The notes: generated from the letters alone by a model not told the origin. Numbered from the stretch's first letter, positions 6,795 through 15,427 are shown. The stretch: 22,664 nt of DNA from Candidatus Woesearchaeota archaeon (GCA_964545065.1 CAZJEO010000009.1:1-22664); one strand, 5' to 3'. A program made the numbers and translations.

Positions 6795-9700
6795 TTAAGA
6801 ACCAAAATACTCTTCCACAAATTCCATTATTTCTATAGTTTCTTTAGCATGAGTTTTTCCAGATTTAGATTCATCTCCAGTATAATAAACACTTAAAACA
6901 CATTTCAGGTGATTGTTTGGAGCAGCAACAGGTAAATCTATTTTGTTATTACACTCATTATAATTTGTTATCTTTAATTTATTCAATGCAAGTTTCAATA
7001 TACTTGAAGCATCCCTTATTTGAACTCCTGCACATCTAAGCATCTCCTCTTCACTTACTACTTCTCCTTCACTACATTTATATTTATCTATTAGCTCTGC
7101 TCCAGACCAACCATATTGCATAATCCATCTTGGGTCATATTCTCCTCCAGGATAACCCAAATTACTCTGCCTTATTGCAATTGCAACTAATAATGCTTTA
7201 AATCTATTTACACTCCATCCATCAGGCAAATAATTCTCACTAGTATACTTTTCAAATAGATTAACACCATTAATATCCTTAAGTTTATCATACTTGTCAA
7301 GATATTCAATAAATTCATTCTCACCAACTTCAAGATCTGTACATTGATCAGCACATTGCTGGCACTGCCATTCTTCATCAACACATGTACAATCAACAAA
7401 TTCCCCTGGACACACAGATGTACATTTATGCGTTGTTGACTCCCCAGAAACACATCCTCCAGCTGTCTTTATTTTTTCCAATTCTTCTTTTATCACAATT
7501 CTTGCAATATCAGCATAAGCATTCCCCCTCAACAAAAACAAATAAGCCTTCTCATTATTAAAAAACACTTTGTCAAAAATCTTTTCTATCAACCTCAACT
7601 GTTCAGCCGGTTGTCCTTTCTTATCATTAATCTCCTTAACTTTTGAAGTAAATTCATCATCCTGAAGATAACCTTCCTTATCTATCAAAATATCCAAATA
7701 ATTTCCTGTGACATCTTCTAAAGCCTCTTCTGCAATTCCCTTGCCTTCAATTAAATCCCCTACACTTTCTGTATCAAGCCAACATCCAATATTCTCAGAA
7801 CCACAATAACCAACTTCAACCCATCTTGAATTCTCTGTCTCCACATAAGGATCACTTCCTTCCCCCGGATTCCTTGTAGCACATGTCCTCACAATTCCAT
7901 AATTATAAGCTCCTGGAGTAACAACATCTTGATCAAAAATTGTTCCAGAAACACAGCCATTTACTGTCTTAATATCTCCGTCTTTTATTTGACTCGCAAC
8001 AAATTCATCAGTAATATAGTCCACTGCAAATGAAGTTGAAACTTCCTTAAATCCGCACTCTTCTTGTCCATTAACATTTATGCATAATTGCCTATAACCA
8101 GCAGACTCAGTCAAATCTCTTGTTTCAGAAGCATATTCTCCAATGCCAATATAACCAGAGGCTATCATCAACGTCGAAGAAACATCCTGATAATATGAGC
8201 TTTCAGGAACTCCGCTAAGATAAACCTGATAATACGCTCCCTGATTTTCTCCAGCATAAATATGGTAAAACACCTTGTAATGTGAAATAGGTGGAACAGT
8301 CACAGTTGTAAAAGGAATTTCATCAAATCTTCCATGAAACTGTGCAGGTGAATTCGGTTCTGTTAGCGAGTCAAGCAAATCCCCTCCGCTAGGATAAACC
8401 GCTGAAATAGAATTCTTACATACTAAATCTATTCCTACTTGCTCCATTGACCTGGCATTAAAGGCCCTGTTTGAACTTGTTCCATAATAATTAGTAAAAT
8501 AATTCACAGACTCCTTTGCTGTATTCCATGCACTCACAACAGTCATATACTCTCCTCCGCCTCGAGCATTTTGTCCAAGCAACATTCCTATAGCCTTTGG
8601 TATTGTGATATCTACCAAAGGCAACGCCTGCCTCCAAAAAAACTCACACAGGTAAACACTATGAATCTCGTCACAAATTCCAACCATCTCACCTGTATCC
8701 AATGACTCCTGCAAACAATCCCTGTAAGAATTTTTTACAGAAAGCCAACCATCAATTCCCGCCTTAACTCCAGTAAGACAAACAGGAATTGCAATTCCTT
8801 CTCTTATATTCGGAAAACACAAAGCCAAACTTCCGATTATTCCTGATTGAACAACATCTCTCACAGGATATGCCCCTCCTAAATCACACCTACTTGAAGG
8901 ACAAACAACAGGATCACAAACATTAAATAAAAGATTACAATCCTTTGGAGACATGAAATCCTGGCATTCTATCCCTGGAACATCCACTGCTGGAGCCCCC
9001 ACCTTAATATTCCGTCCTAAAATATTGACAGTCCCTGAAATCCCTGATCCATATGCCCCCTGCGCCTGTTTAAGTGCATCTAAAGCATTACCCACTATCT
9101 TTGCTGATTCTATCTTACTCAGTCCAGAAATCTGGTTTTCAGGTGTTCCTGCTCTCCTATCAATCAAAGTGCAATCATCTTCTGAAATACTTTCCTGCAA
9201 CCCATTTTTCCCAACATTGCAAACCCAAAAACTTGCAACAGCCCCAGATTCGTCATATGCTCCTCTATTCCCTAAGATAGGTAATGTCTGCCTTATCGCA
9301 GCATACCAACCATTATCCAAATCAAAAGGAACAATTGCAGGCATCCCTTTGTAAGGATCCGTTTCATAATATTTAAGTTCAGGATACTTATACTTATTCT
9401 CATAAGATGATTTGTCATATCTTTGGAAATAAATATCTTTCAATCCAGATACATATTCCTCAGGTTCTTCAACAAAATTTCCATTCATATCATATATCAA
9501 AAAGTCACCATTAGCATTTGTTTTAATTGGGAGATTAGGTCCTACTTCATCATTTAAAACAAGTATATATGCTCCTTCTCGATACTGCATAACCTGAATA
9601 GGGGTATCTGGATCTAATCCCAAGCCTACATCCTTAATCTCTCCATAAGTTAATTCATCATAAGGAATTTTTTCAGTATCATCAGTCTCATAAGCTCTTA

Positions 9701-12455
9701 TCTTATCAAGAGGAATTCCTAATCCTCCTGCCCACTCCTTCATCACAGCATAATTACCAGCATTCGTCTTAACATCTAATAATACAGAATAAAGTCTTTT
9801 CTCAGCTACAATTGTCAAATTTTTACTTGTACCATCATCAATCGAAACACTTGTCCAAAATTCAATCTCCCTCATCTGCTCTTGCTTATAACTCCTATCT
9901 TCCCAGCCAGCCAAAATTTTTCTCATATCCTCCATATCAATATCTTCTCCCTCTCCACTAGGATCTGCAAAACTTTCCCCAAGATTATCATCTAAATAAT
10001 TTGTAACATGAATTGAATACTTCTCCATAAACTTATTTGTGTTAACAACACTTGTTCCAAAAATATCTGGTTCTGTAATTCCTTCTCCCAATTCTTTTAT
10101 CCTCTTATTTTGTTTCTCAATCAATTCTGCAAGCTTATCAACATCCTCCTCAATATCCTCAGATTTATCCAACAAGCATTTATCAACTGAAACAAGAGAG
10201 TTAGCGCTTGCGATGTCCGCGCATTTTTCATACCATCCTCCATCTCCCCTCATCACATAATTCCTTGCAATTCCTGCCCCTCCAGCATTCTCCAAAAGAT
10301 TCTTCAAAACCAAACCTGCTCCAGTTGCAAGACACGCCTTATTCAAGCTCTCAGTAACTATTCCCATTACATTGGAAATATTCTGCCATTTCCCTATCTG
10401 ATTTCCTAATAAGTCAATCTTTTCCCTAATCTTCTCAGGAGGCAATTCAAAATTCCTCTTCTCAATATTAATTTTAAATCCAAATTCTGTATCTGTTCCC
10501 ACATCATCAACTCCAGAAATAATAGAAACCCTCGCTACATTATTAAGGTATATTTCAGATAATGTGAAAACAAATCCATTAGAACTTTCTGAAATACTTT
10601 CTTCTAGATTTAAACTTTCACTCTCGCCATTAATAGTAATCTTAATCCTTGCTGAATCTTGTTCAAGAGAAACCAACTGCATTGTACTCTCCTCGCTAAT
10701 ATAAACTGGTTTGTTCTTCCTCAATTCATATGGCTCTAATCCTTCAGGGCTCTCAACAAGAACCGCTGCTCCATAATCCTTAAAGCCAGGTTCATAAATT
10801 CCCCTAAAAGCAATCTTCTTTGTCTGCCCATTAATAGTAATATAATTTATTGCTGATTCTTGATTTGAAAGTCCATAATCATTATCACAAAACTCATCCA
10901 GAATTTTTTCTGAATTAGGATACAAATTTTCAAACTCCCCGCACAACTCAACAACTGTCGCCTTTTGCTCAGTCCCCCAAGCAAGAAAAATCTTTCTGTA
11001 CAACGCCTCTTCGCCAAAACTCCCTGCACTTTTATCAACATAAGATTCTGAAGCAAAACTATCTTCGATCTTTTGATAATCTTCCATAGCATTTTCATAA
11101 TTTTCATTACCCCCTATAACATCGCTATTAATCGGTATTCCAAAACCATTCAAAACAATTTCACTTCCTCCAAATGTTCTTACAAGTCCTTCGCCATAAT
11201 CAATCCACATACGTTGTTCATCTTCTTCAGTATCTACAATTCCTCCCTCAAAATCTTCATCCAAGAGTTCCCCAACAATTGTATTATAATAACTCAATTC
11301 ACTATTGCTCAAACTCTCCCCCTCATCACTTGGCTTTGAAACAAGGAAAACAAACAAATCTTCAGATTTTCTTGGATCTTCTCTAGTTCCAACATGTGCA
11401 AGATAAATATATTTATTATTCTCTTCGTAAAGAAAGTTCCCGACTTCCTTCTCCATTTCCTCTTCGTCAATACTCAAATTCACACGTGGATTAAGCATTA
11501 AATCAAATCCGCTGATTTTTCCATCTTCATTACAATTTATAGATACCTCTTGTTTCAACCCTTCTTTCTCTATTTTAACAACTTCACATTTATTCTCCAG
11601 AAATTTCTCTCCCCTCACAACCTCAACAAGATTATTATTAATCTTTAACAACGCTCTTGAATCAGAATTATCTAAACTATTAAGTTTTAATTTAAAATTA
11701 GCCAGGCACTCAAATCCTGGAAAAGATATCTCCTTAGATTCCTCTTCCTTATTCAGAGAAACACTTGCAACACGTTTATTTTCAGAATAAATAGAAATTC
11801 TTGCACTATCCCCTTCAATATTCTCAGCTCTCAAATATCCTCTTCCATCCCAAAAACTATATCTATATTTATTCGCCTCCCATTCAGCATCATTAAGTTC
11901 AGGAAGGTAAAAATTCACATCACCAACACCAAATGCATTCTTAACATCATACCTTACCCTTGCTGTAAGATTCCCAGAAACAAAATCAGGCATTGCCGAA
12001 GCATTTGCTTGCTTTTTCAAAACAATCACGGTATAACCAATATTATTCAAAAAAGGACTATTCAAATTATCCTCAACACTCAACGCAGCACGCGCAGGGT
12101 GAAAAGCAATTCCCTCTACTTCTGGAGGAACTTCTTGTGAAAATTCTATTCCCTCAATTGCTTCAACATCTATTAAAGGATTAATTTGCGTTGCTCCAAG
12201 CTGACAAAAAACAGGAACATTTTGCTCTTCAAGCAAATCACTCCTCACAATCATAGGTGTGCATCCAAAAGGAGCAATCTGAATCAGAAAATCTGTGCCT
12301 TGTTCACACATTGAATCACCCGAAACTTCAACAGGACTACTCATAAATTGAGTATACTGAACATTTGAACGAGTATAAACGGCAGAAATAAAAGATAAAG
12401 TTAAAACTAAGAGCACAAAAACAATTCCGATTTTTAATGTATTATTTTCTCTCAT
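6795..12455 (-). CDS. Giant secreted protein (1886 aa), family unknown, with Cys-rich regions
   Basis: Uninterrupted 5.66-kb ORF with a Sec-type signal peptide (MRENNTLKIGIVFVLLVLTLSFISAVYT). It has several Cys clusters, for example CQDFMSPKDCNLLFNVCDPVVCPSSRCD and CTSVCPGEFVDCTCVDEEWQCQQCADQC. Its ATG overlaps the upstream stop as TAATG. Confidence 0.8.
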   Translation of the reverse strand: MRENNTLKIGIVFVLLVLTLSFISAVYTRSNVQYTQFMSSPVEVSGDSMCEQGTDFLIQIAPFGCTPMIVRSDLLEEQNVPVFCQLGATQINPLIDVEAIEGIEFSQEVPPEVEGIAFHPARAALSVEDNLNSPFLNNIGYTVIVLKKQANASAMPDFVSGNLTARVRYDVKNAFGVGDVNFYLPELNDAEWEANKYRYSFWDGRGYLRAENIEGDSARISIYSENKRVASVSLNKEEESKEISFPGFECLANFKLKLNSLDNSDSRALLKINNNLVEVVRGEKFLENKCEVVKIEKEGLKQEVSINCNEDGKISGFDLMLNPRVNLSIDEEEMEKEVGNFLYEENNKYIYLAHVGTREDPRKSEDLFVFLVSKPSDEGESLSNSELSYYNTIVGELLDEDFEGGIVDTEEDEQRMWIDYGEGLVRTFGGSEIVLNGFGIPINSDVIGGNENYENAMEDYQKIEDSFASESYVDKSAGSFGEEALYRKIFLAWGTEQKATVVELCGEFENLYPNSEKILDEFCDNDYGLSNQESAINYITINGQTKKIAFRGIYEPGFKDYGAAVLVESPEGLEPYELRKNKPVYISEESTMQLVSLEQDSARIKITINGESESLNLEESISESSNGFVFTLSEIYLNNVARVSIISGVDDVGTDTEFGFKINIEKRNFELPPEKIREKIDLLGNQIGKWQNISNVMGIVTESLNKACLATGAGLVLKNLLENAGGAGIARNYVMRGDGGWYEKCADIASANSLVSVDKCLLDKSEDIEEDVDKLAELIEKQNKRIKELGEGITEPDIFGTSVVNTNKFMEKYSIHVTNYLDDNLGESFADPSGEGEDIDMEDMRKILAGWEDRSYKQEQMREIEFWTSVSIDDGTSKNLTIVAEKRLYSVLLDVKTNAGNYAVMKEWAGGLGIPLDKIRAYETDDTEKIPYDELTYGEIKDVGLGLDPDTPIQVMQYREGAYILVLNDEVGPNLPIKTNANGDFLIYDMNGNFVEEPEEYVSGLKDIYFQRYDKSSYENKYKYPELKYYETDPYKGMPAIVPFDLDNGWYAAIRQTLPILGNRGAYDESGAVASFWVCNVGKNGLQESISEDDCTLIDRRAGTPENQISGLSKIESAKIVGNALDALKQAQGAYGSGISGTVNILGRNIKVGAPAVDVPGIECQDFMSPKDCNLLFNVCDPVVCPSSRCDLGGAYPVRDVVQSGIIGSLALCFPNIREGIAIPVCLTGVKAGIDGWLSVKNSYRDCLQESLDTGEMVGICDEIHSVYLCEFFWRQALPLVDITIPKAIGMLLGQNARGGGEYMTVVSAWNTAKESVNYFTNYYGTSSNRAFNARSMEQVGIDLVCKNSISAVYPSGGDLLDSLTEPNSPAQFHGRFDEIPFTTVTVPPISHYKVFYHIYAGENQGAYYQVYLSGVPESSYYQDVSSTLMIASGYIGIGEYASETRDLTESAGYRQLCINVNGQEECGFKEVSTSFAVDYITDEFVASQIKDGDIKTVNGCVSGTIFDQDVVTPGAYNYGIVRTCATRNPGEGSDPYVETENSRWVEVGYCGSENIGCWLDTESVGDLIEGKGIAEEALEDVTGNYLDILIDKEGYLQDDEFTSKVKEINDKKGQPAEQLRLIEKIFDKVFFNNEKAYLFLLRGNAYADIARIVIKEELEKIKTAGGCVSGESTTHKCTSVCPGEFVDCTCVDEEWQCQQCADQCTDLEVGENEFIEYLDKYDKLKDINGVNLFEKYTSENYLPDGWSVNRFKALLVAIAIRQSNLGYPGGEYDPRWIMQYGWSGAELIDKYKCSEGEVVSEEEMLRCAGVQIRDASSILKLALNKLKITNYNECNNKIDLPVAAPNNHLKCVLSVYYTGDESKSGKTHAKETIEIMEFVEEYFGS

Positions 12456-14308
12456 TAAAAACTAACCTCCAAGTTTTTACCCTCAAACAAAAGATGGTTA
12501 TTCTGAAGTTCCTCAAGAGTTTTCGGAATAGGCAAACTATCTGCATCTATTTCAATTCTTCCAACTCCTGCTAACTGCGATTCCAAAATATAATATTCCT
12601 GTTTTCCGCCTCCTGAAAGAACATTTGAAATAATTTGGTCAGGAATTTCAATATCAAAACATTCTGTCTCTTTCAAACCAAGCAAACCCTTTAAACCAGT
12701 TCCCATAACCTCAACACATTGCTCTGTCGTCGTTGATTCAAACTCCAGAGAAGAATCTTCATAAATATAAACCTGAATTTCATATCCTCCTTCTGCCAAC
12801 TCCACACTATTCTGCTCAGGATAAACAACAGTCTTTGTTCCTTTACCAAAAGTCTCGTCAGGGTCATCCGCCTGGGAAATAAAGTAAATTATTGCGTCAC
12901 CACCATAATCCACTCCATCAAGTTTCAAGTCCACATCAACTTCATAAAGCTTGTTCAAAATAACATCAACACTTCCCCCATTTATTGTAGAAACCTCATA
13001 TTTTGTCTCTTCATATCCTTCTGCTCTCGCAATCACCTCTCCATTCGCGCATTGCGGAAATTTCCCCTCTAACAAACCTCCAGAGCTAGTTCCAATATTA
13101 CATTTCTCCCCAAAACATTCATAAGAAATCTGTGCATCAACAGAATTCAAAGAAGTATCATATGTTCTTACCAAGATTTCAGTGTTCATATATTCACAAA
13201 GTTCCACCTCTATTTTTCCTGCCCCCACATCCAAAGCCTCTCGCGGGTTATTCCCTTGAATCACAACAGCCATTGGGAATTGAAATGTTTCACTTCCACT
13301 TGATACTTGAATTAAAACAGGATATTTTACATTGTAGACAAAATGATACGGAACATAACAAAATCCAAGGACTCCCAACCCTGGCTGATTTCCAACAGGA
13401 TTTGCCAATAATAAATTTCCTTCTGACGGAAGAACTTCAAAAGAACTCGGCCAATTCTGAGAATTAATAAAACGTACCTCTTCATTAACATTTAAATCCA
13501 CAACAAAATATTTATCTTCGCCAGAACCTCTTCCTGTTCGCATAGCAAAAGTGTTTATTTCAATTGCTTCTTCAAGTGAATCAAAAACTTCATCAGCATT
13601 CCAGATCTTTGGTGAGCAGGTAATCTCAACACCATCAACAGGAGCATACAATCTCAAAAAGTCAACAGCATATTCCTCCAAGAACAAATCTTTCTGCTCT
13701 TTAGAATAAATCTCTTTCGCAGAATCATATAATGCTCCAAGTTTTGATTTAACAGAAACTTTGTGGTTGCTGATAGCAGCATGGTCTTCCCCTTTCTGTA
13801 TATTCATTCTCATATCCACCTTAACATCAACAGCATTATCTCTTATGTTCACATCTGCCCTTGGTTCTCCAAATTCAATTTCAAATCCTTCATCGTAATA
13901 GCTTTCAAGATTACAATTTCTCGCTCTTTCTTCTATAAAATTCCTCATCTGCTCTTCCATTTCTTTTTTAGATACAACTTGTTCTTTCTCAATACCATTT
14001 CCTGAAACATAATACCAATAAGGAATCGGGTTTCCTAAAAAATTTAATTGTGATGAAAAAGGCATATGACTACTTCCGGGTTCAAAATCCGGCAACTCAA
14101 TATAACCGCCCTGACTTTCCAAAATGCTAATCCCAACTTCAATATCTTCTTCCAAGCAAACTAAAAAAGCATTATATGCTGGCTCAATATTAGCAGGAAG
14201 CCCACGGAAAATAATCCCTTCCCTAATCATAAAAAAGACAGCAATCCCCGCAACTAAAATTATTGCAATTATAATAAACAAGGTAACTTGTCCTCGCTTT
14301 GATTTCAT
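12455..14308 (-). CDS. Exported protein (617 aa) with a class III (prepilin-like) signal peptide
   Basis: From the ATG at 14308 the sequence begins MKSKRGQVTLFIIIAIILVAGIAVFFMI. This is a KRG/Q cleavage-type motif followed by a hydrophobic helix. The 38 codons upstream in the track ORF use codons that are otherwise rare here. Confidence 0.7.
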   Translation of the reverse strand: MKSKRGQVTLFIIIAIILVAGIAVFFMIREGIIFRGLPANIEPAYNAFLVCLEEDIEVGISILESQGGYIELPDFEPGSSHMPFSSQLNFLGNPIPYWYYVSGNGIEKEQVVSKKEMEEQMRNFIEERARNCNLESYYDEGFEIEFGEPRADVNIRDNAVDVKVDMRMNIQKGEDHAAISNHKVSVKSKLGALYDSAKEIYSKEQKDLFLEEYAVDFLRLYAPVDGVEITCSPKIWNADEVFDSLEEAIEINTFAMRTGRGSGEDKYFVVDLNVNEEVRFINSQNWPSSFEVLPSEGNLLLANPVGNQPGLGVLGFCYVPYHFVYNVKYPVLIQVSSGSETFQFPMAVVIQGNNPREALDVGAGKIEVELCEYMNTEILVRTYDTSLNSVDAQISYECFGEKCNIGTSSGGLLEGKFPQCANGEVIARAEGYEETKYEVSTINGGSVDVILNKLYEVDVDLKLDGVDYGGDAIIYFISQADDPDETFGKGTKTVVYPEQNSVELAEGGYEIQVYIYEDSSLEFESTTTEQCVEVMGTGLKGLLGLKETECFDIEIPDQIISNVLSGGGKQEYYILESQLAGVGRIEIDADSLPIPKTLEELQNNHLLFEGKNLEVSF

Positions 14309-14418
14309 TAAGGTAGGCGAACTCTGCACTTTTGGGGTGGACGAGCGATTTCGCGAGACTTTCTGTAGCCCCTGATTTCGAGCGAGGTCGCGAGTTGGGA
14401 GGGCACAATCTCTACTTC
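14309..14418 (-). promoter_or_regulatory. GC-rich spacer with two CGAGCGAnnTCGCGAG repeats (candidate operator, leader or ncRNA)
   Basis: Hand count gives 46 G+C in the 80 nt at 14331-14410, against a much more AT-rich background. The repeats are at 14342-14357 (cgagcgatttcgcgag) and 14379-14394 (cgagcgaggtcgcgag). Confidence 0.45.
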
Positions 14419-14553
14419 TCATTCTTTCTTCACCTCCAAACCAAGTTTTTTTCTTATCAAATCTAAAATTTCTGTATTAATATCTTTGTTAATAATCTCT
14501 TTAAACTTACTCCAAAGTTTCTCATCCTCTATAAGAAGCAAATACTTTTTCAT
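14419..14553 (-). CDS. Small 44-aa protein, possible ribbon-helix-helix regulator (paralog 1)
   Basis: Not in the ORF track. My translation is MKKYLLLIEDEKLWSKFKEIINKDINTEILDLIRKKLGLEVKKE. A TATA box (atttatatat on the minus strand) lies about 29-38 nt upstream. A paralog is present at 17394-17522. Confidence 0.6.
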   Translation of the reverse strand: MKKYLLLIEDEKLWSKFKEIINKDINTEILDLIRKKLGLEVKKE

Positions 14554-14701
14554 ACAACCTCAGCATCATAAGAAAATTTCAATATATAAATGTTTCTTAA
14601 TAAATAAGTTAGTTACTTAGTAAGTTAGTAAGTAAAATAAAAAAGGGTATAAATCTTATTGAGAAAAAAACTAACTAAATACTTACTGAATTAGTTTCTT
14701 A

Positions 14702-15319
14702 TTATTTTCCTCCAAATAAAAAACGATAACCTCCAGTTAGAGTAATCATACCTCTTACATTTTCACTTGCTGGTAATACTGTATAACTAAGTCTTCCATG
14801 AACTCCATCGAATATAGTTGCACCTATGCCAAATTCTAATCCAAATGTTGAATTTGATACTTCCTCATGAACATCAAATTCTGGGATATCTATTGTTGAA
14901 AATTCACCTAATACATTTACACCAGCCATTAAATATGGTTTTACTTTTGCTGTTGGTTTTAATGGACTAAAACTTGCATTAACCCTTGGTAAGATACTCT
15001 TTGTTTCTATGTATTCTCCAGATGAATGAAAATAATCTAAACCAGCTTCAAGTCCGACTTTTCCTATATTAATACCATAAGCCCCACCAATTAGAAAAGA
15101 AGGATCATAGACTTGTTCTTCTGCTACTACTGGAACTATTACTCCAAGTTTTGGTTCAACATAATGCTTTAAGGATGCACAGGCAACAGTAGTAGCTAAA
15201 AAAGTAACCAAAGTTGCACCTGCAATTACCTTTTCAACTCCATGTTTAAATCTCTGGAAAAATGCTGTTTCTTCGTTAATCTTTGATTCTAGTTTTGATT
15301 TAGTTTCTTTTTGTTTCAT
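14702..15319 (-). CDS. OMP-like 8-stranded beta-barrel protein with an N-terminal signal/anchor
   Basis: 205 aa with a TM/signal segment VIAGATLVTFLATTVACA. This is followed by about 8 amphipathic strands with alternating hydrophobic residues and Gly/aromatic girdles, and the protein ends GGYRFLFGGK. It resembles the bacterial OmpX/OmpW/OMP_b-brl type. Confidence 0.55.
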   Translation of the reverse strand: MKQKETKSKLESKINEETAFFQRFKHGVEKVIAGATLVTFLATTVACASLKHYVEPKLGVIVPVVAEEQVYDPSFLIGGAYGINIGKVGLEAGLDYFHSSGEYIETKSILPRVNASFSPLKPTAKVKPYLMAGVNVLGEFSTIDIPEFDVHEEVSNSTFGLEFGIGATIFDGVHGRLSYTVLPASENVRGMITLTGGYRFLFGGK

Positions 15320-15427
15320 TTTTTATTCGCACAATATTCATAATTTTATTTTTTATATTTAAACATTCTTATAATTTAATAACTATATTCAACTACTTCA
15401 TTCCCACTTACAATATTCATAACTTTT

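Noticed and set aside
14309-14422. N-terminal 38 codons of the 655-aa track ORF (ATG at 14422 overlapping the small ORF stop as ATGA)
   Set aside because: Codon usage (CGC, CGA, TCG, GCC, CTC) is atypical for this genome and the region is a GC island with direct repeats. A textbook prepilin-type signal starts at the next Met (14308). I treat the region as non-coding, although the ATGA overlap keeps the long start formally possible.
14604-14697. Apparent long inverted repeat or terminator between the barrel gene and small ORF 1 (aagttagttacttagtaagttagtaagta ... ctaactaaatacttactgaattag)
   Set aside because: The complementary words (ttagtta/taactaa and agtaagt/acttact) are in crossing order, not nested order, so they do not form one hairpin. 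The region is better described as a TAGT/AAGT low-complexity tract.
14702-15319. Idea that the contig is bacterial or chimeric because of the OMP-like protein
   Set aside because: Both flanks carry unambiguous archaeal markers (TFB, LSm, S8e, L44e, S3Ae and archaeal-type promoters). AT-richness and promoter style look uniform by eye across the cluster. Chimerism cannot be excluded without read mapping.
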